The notes: generated by a model not told the origin, from the sequence alone. DNA of 64,000 nt from Mobula hypostoma (GCF_963921235.1 NC_086109.1:3970001-4034000), one strand, 5' to 3'. Positions 45,463 to 60,056 are shown, counted from the stretch's first letter. Made by a program: numbers and translations.

Positions 45463-46054
45463 TATGGTGGGCTTAGGTTTGTTTTGAATGTTCAGATTGG
45501 ACGTGTGGGCTCAGGTTTGTTTTGGATGCTTAGATTGGCTGTGGTGGGCACAGGTTTGGTTCAGATTGGCTGTGGTGGGTTTAGATTTGTTTTGGATGTT
45601 CTGATTGGTCGTGTGGGTTCAGGTTTGTTTTGGATGTTTGGATTGGCTGTGGTGGGCTCAGGTTTGGTTCGAATTGGCTGATTGAATGTGGAATAGCTGA
45701 GATTGAGTTATGTTTTATGTTTATAGTTGATCATTAATAAGGGAGTGTTTACTGACTGAACAATGGTAGATATTTAAGAAGTTATTGAAACTTACTTAAC
45801 CAACTAAAATATCTTTCAAAGGCACATGATTGTGCAGGAAATGGAAGGTTATGGACAAGGTGTAAACCGAAGGGATTAGTGTCATTGTGCTTTTGGTGAC
45901 TAGTTTGATTAGATTGGTTCAACACTGCAGGCCAAAGGGCCTGTTCCTGTACTATACTGTTCTGTGTTCTATGTTCATGATGGTGTGTTTATTTGAATGC
46001 AGTGGGTGTTATGGGAAGGGCAGATGACCTTAGAGCCTCCATCAGTACACTTTA

Positions 46055-46337
46055 GATGAGCTTTATATTTGTCGCATGTACATCGAAACACACTGTGAAA
46101 TGCATCATTTGCATCAAATCAGATCAGAAAGGGTTGTGCTGGGGGCAGCCCACAAGGGTCATCACCAACATGGCATGCCTACAATTTACTGTAAACTGTA
46201 TGTCTTTGGAACGTTGGAGGAACACGAAGCACCCGGAGGAATCCCATGCAGAGACGGGGAGAACATATGATCTCCTGACAGACAGCGGTGGGAATTGAAC
46301 TCTGATTGCTGATCACTGGCTAACCGCCATGCTACTG
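46055..46337 (-). mobile_element. V-SINE (related relics at about 58930-59230 and 59335-59440)
   Basis: Minus strand has GTTCTCCCCGTCTCTGCATGGGATTCCTCCGGGTGCTTC (V domain) and GTTCAATTCC (B box). Confidence 0.7.
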
Positions 46338-46749
46338 TGATGTTGAGGCTATTACAGAGACTTGGTTGAGAAGGGGGCAGGTCATACTGTTTCTGGTATG
46401 ACAGGGCGGTGTAAAGGAGCTGGGGAAGCTGAGAATGAAGCTTAAAAGTTCTAAGTAAACTTATTATCAAAATACATATATGTCACCATATCGCCGAGGT
46501 GAATATTTTTGTGGGCATTCACAATAAATACAAGAAACACAATCGAATCAGTGAAAGACCACTCCAAGAAGGACAGATAAACAATCAATGCACAAAAGAC
46601 AACAAACTGTGCAAAAAGAATGAAATAAATAATAATAATAAATAAATAAGCAATAAATATCGCGAATATGAGATGAAGACTCCTTGAAAGTGAGGTTGTG
46701 GGAAGAATTCAGTGATGGGGTAGGTGAAGCTGAGTGCAACTCTCCTTCC

Positions 46750-48140
46750 TACTTCAAGAGCCTGATGGTCGAGGTGTAATAACTGTTCACGAACCTACCT
46801 TTTGCGGGCTTTTCCATTCAAGAGTATTGGTGTTTTCATATCAGACTGTGAGGCAACCAGTCAATATATTCTCCAACACACATCTATATAACATTGTCAG
46901 TGTCTCAGATGACATGCCCCATCTTCACAGACTTCTACGGCAGTTGAGGCACAGTCAAAATGACACCTATGTGGTGGACCCAGGACAGATCCTCTGAAAT
47001 GAATACACCGAGGAATTTAAAGTTGCTGACCCTCTCCGCCTCTGATCCCCCGATAAGAACTGGCTCATGGACCTCCCCTTTCCTCCTCCTAAAGTTAATA
47101 ATCAGCTCCTTGGTCCTGCTGACATTGAGTGTGAAGTTTTTGTAGCTCCACTCAGCCAGATTTTCAGTCTTCATCCTATACACTGATTCATCACCATCTT
47201 TATTTTAGCCAACGGCAGTGGTGTGGTCAGGAAACTTAAATATGGCATCGGAGCTGTGCTTTGCCTCACAGTCGTAAGTATAAAGCGAGTAGAGCAGGGG
47301 ACTAAGTGCCTGCGCTGATGAGGATTGAGGAGGAAATGTTATGGCCAATCCTAGCTGACTGGAGTCTGCAAGGGAGGAAATCAAAGATCCAGTTGCACAA
47401 AGAGGCCAAGGTCTTGAAGCTTATTGATTAGTTTTGAGGGAATGACAGTATTGAATGCCAAGCTGTAGTCAATAAAGAGCACCTTAATATATGCATCTTC
47501 ACTGTTGAGATGTTCCAGGATTGCGTGAAGAGCCAATGAGGTGGCATCTGCTGTGGACCTGTTGTACCCGTTGACAAATTGGAACAGATTCAAGTTGCTT
47601 CTCAGGCATTAGTTGGAATGTTTCATCACCAACTGCTCAAAGCACTTCATCACACTGGATGTAAGTGCTACTGGATGGTAGTCACCGAGGTGGGTTATCA
47701 TGTTCTTCTCAGGCACGTTCTTCTGTGGGAGTTCATGAAAGTTCTTCCATGTATTGACACTCAAAGCGAGCATAAAGACATTGAGCTCATCTGGGAGCAA
47801 AACCTTGTTGTCGCTTATCACATCTGGTTTCACTTTGTAGGAGGTGATTGCATTCAGGCCTTGACACAGCCGTCCAGCATCCTTTAGAGATTCAAGTTTG
47901 GTCTAGAATTGCAACTTCACACATCTGATGGCTTTCCGGAGATCGTGACTGGACTTCTTGTATTTTGCATGGTCGCCAGATTACAGATCTTACAGTAGGG
48001 GCTTCTGGTCCGAAAGGACTCAGAATGACTTTGTGGGGATACACTCACCCACAACTGTTTTTATAAAATCTGCGACAGCCATGGAGATATTCACATCATC
48101 TGATGAGTCCTTGAACACAGCCACATCCAGTCAGAACATA
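46750..48140 (-). mobile_element. Decayed Rex1/Babar-type LINE
   Basis: DYHPVALTSSVMKCFEQLV, NRSTADATSLALH, LFIDYSLAFNTVIPSKL. Confidence 0.8.
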
Positions 48141-48659
48141 CTGGTTGGTCATACGGTCTGGCAATATGGATGGAGGCCAGGAATGTGGGGCAAGTCTCGT
48201 GCTCAGAATATGGCGAGTGTCTGGGATGCATTGCTGCTGCAAGTGATAGAAGCATTTTTATGAGGCTTTTACCTGAGCACATGAGCAGGCAGATGGAATT
48301 AGTTTAAATTAGCATCATTGTCAGCATAGACATTGTGGGCCAAAGGGCTTGTTCCCCTTCTGTTCAGCTTCAAAATGTTTATCTCAATCAGAAGGAGGGA
48401 CTCAATGGGGAACGATGCTGCATCCGCGGTTAACCAAGGAGGTCAGCGGAAACATTAGATCATAACCCAGAGGGTTCAAAATTTCAAAGTTAGTGTCGAC
48501 CACAGGGGCAGAGGGTGGGGAATTGTTCAAGAGTTGTTGACTAAAATGTCAATAAAATTGATTATGGAAATAAACTGACAGGTATTATTAAAGCAAACAG
48601 CAAATGCTTCTGTGGGTGGAGGTAAAACAGGGAAACGAGAGTAAGCATGGAACAGGCAG

Positions 48660-48970
48660 ACGGAGGGAAAGAGAGAGAGAGAAAGAGGAAGAGGGAGAGA
48701 GAGAAGTAGAGAGGGGAAAGGAGGACGAGGGAGAGAGAAGGAGAGAGAGAGGGGAGAGGGGAGAGAAGGGGAAGGAGAGGGAAAGGAGAGATGGGATAGA
48801 GAAAGAGAGGACAGAGGGAGTGAGGAGAGAGAAAAGGGAAAGAGAGGAGACAGACAGAGAGAGGGCAGAGATTAAGGGAGAGAGAGGAAAGAGAAAGAGA
48901 AGGGGAGGGGAAGACAGAGGGAGGGAGAGAGAGAGTGAGACAGAGAGATAGAGAGAGAGAGAGTGAGAGA
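48660..48970. repeat. GA-rich low-complexity tract
   Basis: Almost pure purine on the plus strand. Confidence 0.9.
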
Positions 48971-49253
48971 CTGTGGAATTAATTATGGGAAACAAGGAAA
49001 GGAAGGAATGGTGAGTTAAATTAATACCTCATGTCAGTTTGGAGAGGACTGCAAACATCTCAAAGATATTTGATGGACTCCTTTCAAGACACACAGAGAA
49101 CTTTAATGATCAGTATCACGAAGGACGATGTAGTAGGAAAACTAATGAGACTAAACACAGAGGGGATATCAGACCCCGAGAGCCTGTCGTAGAGAGCTTC
49201 AGAGAACGCAAAGCCATTGGCTCCATTCTAGAAGGTATCAGAGTACTGGAAAA

Positions 49254-49486
49254 TGTTCCGCTTTGGAAAGCCAAAGTATAAAGCTAATTGAAAGCAAAAG
49301 AGCTGGAGCCCAGGAGAATGTGTCTTAGTTCAGTTTCACTTTAAGAGAGCCACATACGTACGATGGAGCATGATGACGTACACCATTCACGGACTCTACA
49401 TGGAACCATAATGAATCATTTAAACAAATAGAATGCTTAGTTAAACAATATATTTACATTATTACTGACGTACTAAATACACAACA
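49254..49486. mobile_element. Probable short solo LTR inside an old CR1 relic
   Basis: TGTT...AACA ends; GAAAA / GATAA flanks (4/5 match); the flanks join into a CR1 RT relic. Confidence 0.45.
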
Positions 49487-49574
49487 GATAACTGCAAGGG
49501 TATCACTATTGTTCAGGAAGGGGGAAAGGTTAAAATGTGGCTAACTACGCACCGTTAAATCTACATCTGTTCAA

Positions 49575-50360
49575 AATCAGAATCTGGTTGAATACTGCTG
49601 GCATATGTTGTGCAATTTGTTGTTATGTGATGTGGCAGCAGTGCATTGCAATGCACAATAATTAAAACTGTACATCACAGTAAGAGCTATATATATACAC
49701 ACACAAATTTAAATTAAATGAGTGGTGCGAAAAAGGAAAAAGGTAGTGAGGTATTCATGGGTGCAAAGTCCATTCAGAAATCTGACGGCGTGGGTGGGGA
49801 GGGGGAAGAAGCTGTTCCTGAATCACTGGCTGTGTGCCTTCACACCTCAGGACCCCCTTCCTGATGGCAGCAATGAGACTAGGGTACGTCCTGGGTGGAG
49901 GGGGTCCTTAATGATGGATGCTGCCTTTTTGAGGCATCGCCTCTTGAAGATGTGTTGGATGCCGGTGAGGCTAGTGCCCATGATGGAGCTGATTGAGTTT
50001 ACAACCCTCTGCAACTTATTTTGATCCTACGCACTGTATTCCCCACCGCCACCCCATCCCAGACAATGATGCAGCCAGTTAGAATTCTCTCCACGGTACA
50101 TTTGTAAAACTTTGTGAGTGTTTTAGGTGACATCCCAAATCTCCTCGTACTCCAAATCAAGAATAGCCTTTGTTGTGCCTTCTTTGTAACTGTATAGGTC
50201 TGTTGGGCTCAGGACAGATCCTCCGAGATATTGACACTCAGGAAGTTGACGTTGCTCACCGTTTCCAGTCCTGATCCCTCCGTGAGGACCTGTGTGTATC
50301 CCCGTATCTAACCCTTTCTGAAGCTCACAATCAGTTCTTTGGTCTTACTGACATTGAGTT
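49575..50360 (-). mobile_element. Rex1/Babar-type LINE 3' fragment
   Basis: Same family as 8616-9660; ATCAGAATC tail. Confidence 0.7.
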
Positions 50361-51236
50361 GGAAAGACGCTGGAGTCTACAATCAAAGAAGAAATTACTA
50401 GTCACTTCATATATTAATCAAACTACATCAACGTAGATCTATGCAGGTCAGTGATATTTGACTCATTTGCTGGAGTTCTTCAACACCGTAAAGAGCGGAT
50501 TCCATAGAGGGGAATCCGTAGGTCCCCTTATTTAGGAAACGATATACTGTCCTTGGAGGCAGCGCTGAAGAGATTCACCTGGGCAATTCATGGGGTTATA
50601 GGAAAACCTGCAAAAAACATAAGCTCAAACTATTTAGTCTCTCTAGGGAGGACAAACCTTTCATTCCACGAAATAGAGCACAGGATATAGAAGATCACAG
50701 CACAATACAGGCCTTTCGGCCCATGATGTTGTACTAATCTATAAACCTATACTAAGATCAATTTAACCCTCCCCCCTGCATAGCTCTCCATTTTTCTATC
50801 CTCCATATGTCTATCTAAGAGTATCTTAACTGCCACTAATGAATCTGCCGCTAACATCACACCTGGCAGGGGTAGCAGAATTACTCTGGTGAATCTCCTT
50901 TGGACAGCCTCCAATGTTACCGTATTCTTTCTTTAGTGAGGGGACCAACACTGTGCATAGTATTCCAGGAGTGATCCCTGTACAACTGGATCAAAACCTC
51001 AAAGACACAAGGGATTCTGCAGATGCTAGAAATCCAGAGTAACACACACAAAATGCTGGAGGAACCCCACAGGCCAGGCTGGACCTACGGAGAGGAATAA
51101 ACAGTTGATGTTTCAACCTGAGATCTTCATCTGCTGAGTTCCTCCAGCATTTTGCACATGGGTTGAAAACCCCCTACACTTCAACACCAATCCCTTTGCA
51201 ATTAAGAGCAATGTGTTGTTTGACTTCTCAACTACT

Positions 51237-52550
51237 TAGACCATAAGATATAGGAGCAGAAGTAGGCCATTCAGCCCATCGAGTCTGCTCCGCCATTCAA
51301 TCATGGCTGATTCAATTCTTCCAGTCATCCCCACTCCCCTGCCTTCACCCCATACCCTTTGATGCCTGGCTAATCAAGAACCTATCTATCTCTGCCTTAA
51401 ATACACCGAATAACTTGGCCTCCACAGCTGCTTGTGGCAATAAATTCCACAGATTTACCACCCTCTGACTAAAGTAATTTCTCCACATCTCTGTTCTAAA
51501 TGGATGTCCTTCAATTCTGAAGTCGTGCCCTCTTGTCCTAGACTCCCATAAAATGGAAAATAACTTTGCCATATCTAATCTGTTCAGGCCTTTTAACATT
51601 TGGAATGTTTCTATGAGATCCCCCCTCATTCTCCTGAACTCCAGGGAGTACAGCCCAAGAGCTGCCAGATGTTCCTCGTACGGTAACCCTTTCATTCCTG
51701 GAATCATTCTCGTGAATCTTCTCTGAAACCTCTCCAATATCAGTATGTCCTTTCTAAAATAAGGAGCCCAGTACTGCACACAATACTCCAAGTGTGGTCT
51801 CACGTGCCTTATAGAGCCTCAAGATCACATCCCCGCTCTTATATTCTATACCTCTAGAAATGAATGCCAACACTGCATTCACCTTCTTCACAACTGACTC
51901 AACCTAGAGGTTAACCTTCAAGGTATCTTGCACAAGGACTCCCAAGTCCCTTCGCATCTCTACATTTTGAATTCTCTCCCCATCTAAATAATAGTCTGCC
52001 CATTTATTTCTTCCATCAAAGTGCCTGACCATACACTTTCCAACATTGTATTTCATTTGCCACTTCTTTGCCCATTCCCCTAAACTATCTAAGGCTCTCT
52101 TTTTCCTCAACACAACCCACTCCTCCACATATCTTTGTATCATTGGTAAATTTAGCCACAAATCCATTAATCCCATAGTCCAAATCATTGACATACATCA
52201 TAAAAAACAGCAGTCCCAACACCAACCCCCGTGGAACTCCACTGGTAACCAGCAGCCAGCCAGAATAGGATCCCTTTATTCCCACTCTCTGTTTTTTGCC
52301 GACCAGCCAATGCTCCGCCCACGCTAGTAACTCCTCTGTAATTCCATGGAGTCTTATCTTGCTAAGCAGCCTCATGTGCCTCACCTTGTCAAAGTCCTTC
52401 TGAAAATCCAAGTACACCACATTTACTGCATCTCCTTTGTCTACCCTGCTTGTAATTTCCTCAAAGAATTGCAGTAAGTTTGTCAGGCAGGATTTTCCTT
52501 TCAGGAAACAATGCTGGCTTTGGCCTATCTTGTCATGTGCCTCCAGGTAC
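51237..52550 (-). mobile_element. 5'-truncated CR1 (TCTTATGG-tail subfamily)
   Basis: GKSCLTNLLQFFEEIT, YLDFQKDFDKV, RPHLEYCVQYWAP; frameshifted. Confidence 0.9.
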
Positions 52551-52871
52551 TTGCTAGAACTTCCTGCAAATCTTCTGTGATCCACATGTAAAGAAGACGC
52601 AGATCCTTCTGAACATCACTCACTTACAGTATCTCTCCATTCAGATTAAATCCACCCTTTCATTGTGCAGACAGAAGTGTATGACCTCACACTACTCCAC
52701 ATGAAACTCCATTTGCCAGGTTTTTCCTTTTTCAGCCAAACCCATCGTAATGTGTCCTTCAATGCATTATTGGTATCAATATTAAATTTAGAAGCCTCAC
52801 ATCCTCTTCATTACCTCCTCTACCTTAATTACCTCCTTCCAGTCTGAAAATGATCCATTTATTCCAAACAG

Positions 52872-53440
52872 TGGAAAATCTGTGGATGCTGGAAATTAGG
52901 GTAACACACACACAGAATGCTGGAGGAGCTCAACAGGCTGGACAGCATCTCCGGAAAAGAGTAAACGTCGAGGTTTTGGGCCGAGACTTTTCATCGGGAC
53001 TGGAAAAAAAAGATGAGGTCAGAGTAAGAAGGTGGGGGGAGGGGAGGAAGAAGTAGAAGGTGACAGGTGAAAGGTGAAACTAGGAAAGGGGGAAGGATGA
53101 GGTAAAGAGCTGGGAAGTCGATTGATGAAAGAGGAAAAGGGCTGAAGAAGGTGGAATCTGATGGGAGAGGACAGAAGGCCATGGAAGAAAGGGAAGGGGG
53201 AGGAGCACCAGAGGGAGGTGATGGTCAGTTATGAAGATAAGGTGAGAGAGGGAAATGGGAATAGGAAATGGTGAAGGGGTGGGGGTCAATTACTGGAAGT
53301 TCAAGAAGTCAATGTTCATGTCATCAGGTTGGAGGCTACTCAGACAGAATATAAGGTGTTGCTCCTCCAGCCTGAGTGTGGCCCCATCGCGGCAGTAGAG
53401 GTGGCCATGGACTGACAAGTCGGAATGGGAATAGGAAGTA
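52872..53440 (-). mobile_element. Penelope-like 3' fragment (similar relics at about 16270-16545, 38425-38745, 40500-40980, 57085-57280)
   Basis: ATLRLEEQHLIFCLSSLQPDDMNIDF plus terminal repeat. Confidence 0.8.
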
Positions 53441-54721
53441 TAATTTCCGGTCAAGATGGTGACTACATACAGCACTCCTTTGGTTGACATCTTCTGGATA
53501 GATCATGAAATCACCTTTCTAACTTCTTTTATGTTTTTTTATGTTTGTTTCTTGTCTTCTGTTGCTCACCGATTAAAGCGATGAGGGTGATTGAAGCATC
53601 AAGGCGAGTGCAAAGGTCAGGACATCGTTTGGGCTCTCCAGTGCTCTGCAGTCTCTGAGGGGATTCTGGGAGGAAGCGTGTGTGAACCTTGTAACGGGCA
53701 GGCTGCGGGATGGGGCACAAGCTGAAGTCTGATTCCCTTGTTTGCTGATTAAATAGACGAGGGAGTCTGAAGCATGGAAGCGAGTACAGAGGGTGAGCGC
53801 CGGCTGCCTGTCTTTTGATCAGTTGCTCCATACCAAAGATCAAAAGGCCTACTTTGCATGTGGGCCCAGAAAGGATTGTCCAAGTGTTTTCTGCAGTTTG
53901 GTTGTGGACTTCGGACTATGGACTCTATTTTGCAGTTTTATAGTTTTTATATTCTGTGTTCTTTCACCTGATCTTCTCGATTTTTTGTGGGGGAGAGGGA
54001 TTTGGAGGGTTGTGCCTGATCCATTTTGTTCATTTTTTTTGTGTGGGAGGAGGGAGTTCCTCCAGAATTTTGTATGTGTTACCATTTATTCCAATTCTGC
54101 TTTCTACAAAGCAGCCAGTTTTCCATCCACTCCAACACACTACTTCCGAATCCTTTGCTATTTCCTCCTGGTCTCCTTTCAACTTGCCAACAATAGCTGT
54201 CAATCTTTCCCCTTCCTTTCCAGTCACGGAGAAAGGTCTGCAGCTTCCTCCATAGTTGTGGCCTTACTTGCTAAGTTCCTCCAGTATTTTGTATACATTG
54301 CTCAGGATTTCCAGCGTCTACAGAGCCTCTTGTGTTTATAATAACTGTTAATCTACCTGACCTGCAGTTCCAGCTTGCTGCCATTCTCTGTTTCTGAATA
54401 AGGGAGGCACCTTGGCGTTTAACAGTTTCCTGGTGCCCTCCTGGTCTTGATCAAAGCATGTCAAGTCAGCTATTGTCATGCACACAAGTATGGTGAGGCA
54501 CTTGCAGTAACATCACCAGCACATAGTTAGAGACAAAATGCAGATCATAAATTACACAAGACAGCAAGATGGAAAAAATGTGTGCAGAAGCAAGATATTA
54601 GTACAAGCATAGACACAACAAGAGACAAGTTCATGGGAGTGCAAAGGCTGGTCCGTAGAGTTCTGTTGCTGAGGTAAGGTTAGGTTTATGCAGGTCAATT
54701 CAAGAACCTGATGGTTGAGGT

Positions 54722-55080
54722 GAGTGGCGGGGTGGAGATACATAACCAAAGGAAGCTCCTGCCTTCTGCTAGCCTGCAGGTCACCCTTGGGCAAGGTGTA
54801 GCACCTGCTTAGCCCCCGATCAGGGTCATGTGAAGCCATGGGAGCAGGTGGTGGATGGTCGTACGAGCAGCTGGTGCAGATCACAAATCCTGGTGATGCG
54901 ACCACTGACACCAGGCAGACAATCTCTGAAGAGTATTGATAATGGCCGGGGTCACCCGTCTTGTAAAGACACTGCCCAGAAGAAGGCAATGGCAAACCAC
55001 CTCTGTAGAAGTATTTGTCAAGAACGATCAAGGTCAAGACCATGATCGCCCACATCACATGACATGGCACTAATGATGGT
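54722..55080 (+). mobile_element. RTE-related SINE-like element with Bov-A-like segment (second copy about 60365-60727, minus strand)
   Basis: GAAGGCAATGGCAAACCAC motif as in BovB/Bov-A elements; the two copies align over about 300 bp. Confidence 0.65.
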
Positions 55081-57369
55081 GGTTGAAGGGAAGTAGCTAT
55101 TCCTGAACCTGCTGATGTGGGACCTCCCGCCTGACCGTAGCAGCAAGGAGATGCCATGATCTGGGCAGTTGGGGCTTTTGATGCAATGCCTCCCACGGAT
55201 AATTTTCAGTGGTGGGGAGGGCTGTGCTGTGATGTCCATTGCTCTCAGCAGCTTCTCAGAGTCTAGACTGAGCAGAGTCTAATCCAGTGCATGAGAATTG
55301 CTGTACCGGACCATGATTCAGCCAGTCAGGAACTTTCAACATTGTCTTGGTGGAAGTTAGGGTGTTGAGTATGATCTCAACCTCCTTAATCTCATAAGAA
55401 AGCAGAGGCACTGGTGATATAGTACCCCCTTGGAATTTAGTGAGGGTCTGTAGTATCTCCTGGACTTTACTGCAGGATTGTCTTATTACAAAGAATGGCA
55501 AATCCATGGGATGCTCTCCACATGGAGGTGGAGGCCGGTCCACTGGGAGACTTAAAGAAGAGGGAGACACAGTTTTAGAAAGGTCAGGAACTGAAGCTTG
55601 GGGAATGTAACAGAAGTCTGGAGTGAGTCAACCAGAATCATATTGAATGGTGGGACAGAGCCTAAGGGGTTTTGAGGAAAGTGATTGTGTTCCTTTGTTT
55701 CTGTAAGAGATGGCCAGGTTGGACGCTGATTCTGTGCCGTAGGGAACAAGGTGGTTCATCGTTCTGATACCTGTGAAGTGGAACCAGCCACTGCTCTGTC
55801 TCCATCTCGGAGCTGAAGATTAAAGTTGGCTGTAAACGTGAATCGGACATGCTGCTGAAATGAAGTCATTTCAGACACGACTGCTACACTTGCCAAAGGC
55901 GGCGTCAGGCCAAATTGAAAACTTGTCAGGAGTGAAGGGAAGGACTAAGAGCCGACGATCCTCCACTCTGCACAATGCTGCAGTGACAGGAGGTGCTTGA
56001 AAGCTTCACTGCTGGTGGGGGTGATGAGCATGAAGGTAAGCTGAAAGGTTTTGATTTGAAAGAACAACACCTTGAGGCTCCAGCTGAGAATGATCTGCAT
56101 TATCAACAGCATAAAAGCCCATAAAGACATCTGAATCTGTACTTGCTCTGTCACTCTCAATCCGCTCTCTCCAGTCTGGTCTCACCATCAACCCCTGGTC
56201 TTGAGGGAGGCAGTTCAGTGCACCCTCAATACAGAAAGCCTGGATTTTTTATCAACTCCCTGGGAGTGGGTGCACGCACATTCGAGCATTATAGGTAAAA
56301 TCCAAGGTGACTGCTTGGATAAGGTGATCTTTTCCCCAGTTGTGGGAGTTCTCCGGATCATCTCACGACAGGGAACCACACCAAATATGCTTTATAAACA
56401 CAAGGAATAATGCTGGAAATCCAGCATAGCACACACAACAGGCCTGATGAAGGATCTGTGCCCGAAATGCTGACTGTTGATTCCTCTCCATAGGTGAGAA
56501 CACGCTTCACTGCCTGGACGAAAGCAGTTAAATGGCCATTTATAAGGCATTATTGACCAGCTGTGTAGTAGGTCAGCTTTGACCATGGTGTTCTCCTAAC
56601 TCACAATTAAGAGTTGGGCTGCTGATTGGTTTAGTAATGTCACATGGACTGAGACACAGTCAAAAGCTTGTTCTGCGTTCCGTCAGTACAGATCATCTTA
56701 TGACACAGTGTACTGAGGGAGTACAGTGACAGGATATGGAATAAAGTGTAACAGCTACTGAGAAAGTGCAGTGCAGTCACACAATAAAGTGCAAGGTCAT
56801 AACGAGGTAGATTACAAGGACAAGAGTCTTATTGCATGGGGGAGCTGTTCCATGGTTACAACCGTGGTGTAGGAGCTGTCTCTGAGCCTGGTGCTTTCAG
56901 GCTTATGTGTCAGAGGCAGAGACAGGACGTGTGGCACCTCATCTTTGCACCCTTAAAAACCCAAGTGAAGTGAATATTGAACATCACAATATGTTTGATA
57001 GGTGATCTATTCTTGAATCAAAACTGTAGATTTGTTCAGCTATGTGAAGAATTTACAATTCACCAATTCCACAGACACCTTCCACCTTGTATTTTTCTCC
57101 TCTTCCCCTGACCTTCTTACTCTGACTTCTCCCCTCCCTTTCCAGTCCTGATGAAGGGTCTCAGCCCAAAGAATCGACTGTCTACTCTTTTCCATCGACG
57201 CCGCCTGGCCCGTTGAGTTCCTCCAGCCATTTTGTATGTGTTGCTTTCGATTTCCAGCATTTGCAGATTTTCTCATGCTTGAGAAATGGTGGACAGAAAT
57301 TGATGGAATTGATGGAAGCTTTTTTTAACACCTATTCAGGCTCCCATTCCACCAGGGAGTAAGGCTCCA

Positions 57370-57740
57370 GCCTGAGGATTTGACTTCAGCTCCGCTTGGG
57401 GAACTAGCTCCGGACTGGGACCTGGCTCCAGCTTTGCCCAAGGATCTGGTTCCAACTCCACCTGGAGACCGAGCTGCAGCTCCAACAGGCAACCTGGTCC
57501 AGCTCCACCAGGAGATCTGGCTCCGGTCTGGGGACCTCGTTCAGCTCCACCAGGGGACCTGGCTCCGGTCTGGGGACCTGATTCCAGCTCCACCAGGGGA
57601 CCTGGCTCCGGCCTGGGGACCTGATTCCAGCTCCACCAGGGGACCTGGCTCCGGCCTGGGGACCTGTTCCAGCTCCACCAGGGGACCTGGTTCAGCTCCA
57701 TCAGGGGAACTGGCTCCATCTCCATCAGGAGACCTGGCAG
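57370..57740. repeat. 42-43 bp GC-rich minisatellite
   Basis: CAGCTCCACCAGG at 57500, 57542, 57585, 57628 and 57670. Confidence 0.9.
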
Positions 57741-59444
57741 GTTAATAATTGGCTCTGCATGAGCATTCACTGTGTAAATATTTGTGCATTCATGTCATGG
57801 GTGAAGATGAGAAGACTTTAGTTCCAAAGCAGCAAGGGAAGAGAACCAGGAACTACAAGGAACACAGACACACACAGCAGATGTCTGCAGTCAGACTGCA
57901 ATCTTTAAAGTAACGAATTCAGTGAATGAAGAAGTGGCCTTGTCAGCATCTTTGACTCGGCCCTCCTCTACTGTGAACACTGCCAGTTCCTGAGCCGATT
58001 CTAGGCATTGGCTGCAGGCAAGTTTTTTTGTCCACTTTTCCTGGCCAGGTAGTCACACAGGCTCCTCCCAAACCTGAATCCCTCCACCATTCAGGCAAGG
58101 GAAAGCCAGCACAGGGAAACATCAGTAACGACAGCTTTGGCTCAATCACCAACTTGGAAATGTATCACCATTCCTTCACCAGCACTGGGTCTGTCCTGAG
58201 GCTCCCTCTTCAGAGGATCTTCACCAGAAGGACTGCAGAGGTCCAACGAGGCAGCTCAACCCAACCTCAATCCATGCACTGAATCATCAAAGCTCTGGCC
58301 TCTGTCTAATGACCTGCACTTCTATGGCACCTCTCCTATCCTCAGCATACCCCATCATGCTATATGAGGGATAACTGAAGTGATAACTTCCTGTGTTGGG
58401 GGAGTCTGGGGCCAGAGGGCACAGCCTCAGACTAGAGAGACGTCCATTTAGAACAGAGATGGGGAGGAATTTCTTTAGCCAGAGTGTAGTGAATCTGTGG
58501 AATTCATTGACACAGATGGCTGCGGAGGCCAAGTTATTGGGTACTTTTAAGGCTGAGGTTGATACTCAGGATGCCAAAGGTTATGAGGAGAAGGCAGGAG
58601 AATGGGGTTAAGAGAAATGATAAATCAGTCACAATGGAATGGAAGAGCAGATTCAATGGACTGAATGGCCTAATTCTATTCTCATATCTTATGGTCTAAG
58701 AGGAATCACTGTTAAGTACAGGAAACTCTGCATCCAATTGACTAGATTGATTCATCAGTGTTTTTGGGTAAGAGGGAACGATTAGTTCCGTTAACACTGA
58801 ATGAAATACAAACACTCTGCCGGAGGAACTCAGTGTGTCGAGAGAAACCTCAGCAGGATCTCCTCTTTACTCAGTGGGCCGAGCAGTATCTGTATGAGAG
58901 GAAGTTGCTTATGAAACTACCTCAGACTGCGCTTATCAAATTCGCTTAATTTATCACAGGCACTTTGAAATATTGAAACACCCAGTGAAATGCGTTGTTT
59001 GCGTAACCAGCACAGCCCGAGGATGTGCTGGGGGCAGCCCGTGATCATCGCAACACTTCCGGCACCAACTTTGCATGCCCACAGCTCACTAAACCTGAAC
59101 CCGTATGTCTTTGGAACATGGGTGGAAAGCAGAGCACTACAGTTTAACCCACGCGGTGACAAGGAGAAAGGCAGTGGTGGGAATTGAAGTCCGATTTCTC
59201 GCACTGTAGGATGTTACCCTACCATGACACCAATGTATATGGATGACGTTGCTATGGCAGCCCAGGGAACAGATGTGGTGTAGCAGGTCATCAGCGCTAA
59301 CTCATTAATATTGTTCAACCACCAGCAGGTTCAGATTCACGCCTACATCAAAGCATACAGTGAAATGCATCATTTGTGTTAACAAACAACACAACCTGAG
59401 GATGTGCTGGGGGCAGCCCACAAGTGTCACCACAAATTCCAGTG

Positions 59445-60056
59445 CCAATATAAAAGCAAGGATGTAATGTTGAGACTTTACAAAGCACTGGTAAGGCCTC
59501 ACTTGGAGGACTGTAAGCAGTTTTGGGCCCCTTATCTGAGAAAAGTTGCTCCGGTATTGGAGAAGTCCTGGAGGATGTTTACAAGAATGATTCTGGGAAT
59601 GAATGGGTTAATATGTGAGGAGTGTTTGATGGCTCTGTGCCTATACTCACTGGAGTTTAGAAGAATGAGGAGGATCTCACTGAAACTTACTGAATATTGA
59701 AAGGTCTGGATAGAGTGGATGTGGAGAGGGTGTTTCCTACGGTGGGTGAGTCTAGGACCAATGGGCACAGCCTCTGAATAAAGGGACAACCACTTAGAAC
59801 AGAGATGAGGAGGAATTTCTTTAGCCAGAGAGTAATGAATCTGTGGAATTCATTAGCATCAGCGGCTGTGAAGGACAAGTCATAGATTATACTTAAAGCA
59901 GTGGTTGATTGGTTCGTGATTAGTCAGGGTGTCAAAGGTTACGGGAAGAAGACAGCAGAAGGGGGTTGAGAGGGATAATAAATCAGCCATGGTGGAGTGG
60001 CTGGCGGACTCATTGGGCTGAGTGGCCTAATTCTGCTCCTATGTCTTATGGTTTTA
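59445..60056 (+). mobile_element. Decayed CR1 3' fragment (another at about 58390-58700)
   Basis: YKSKDVMLRLYKALVRPHLE; TCTTATGG tail. Confidence 0.8.

Larger units (their letters stand above)
43960..45680. repeat. ~31-40 bp GT-rich minisatellite split by CR1 (about 44140-44465) and Penelope inserts
   Basis: Recurrent GGTTTGGTTCAGATTGGCTGTGGTGGGCTCA at 43960-44130, 44468-44536 and 45463-45680. Confidence 0.75.
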
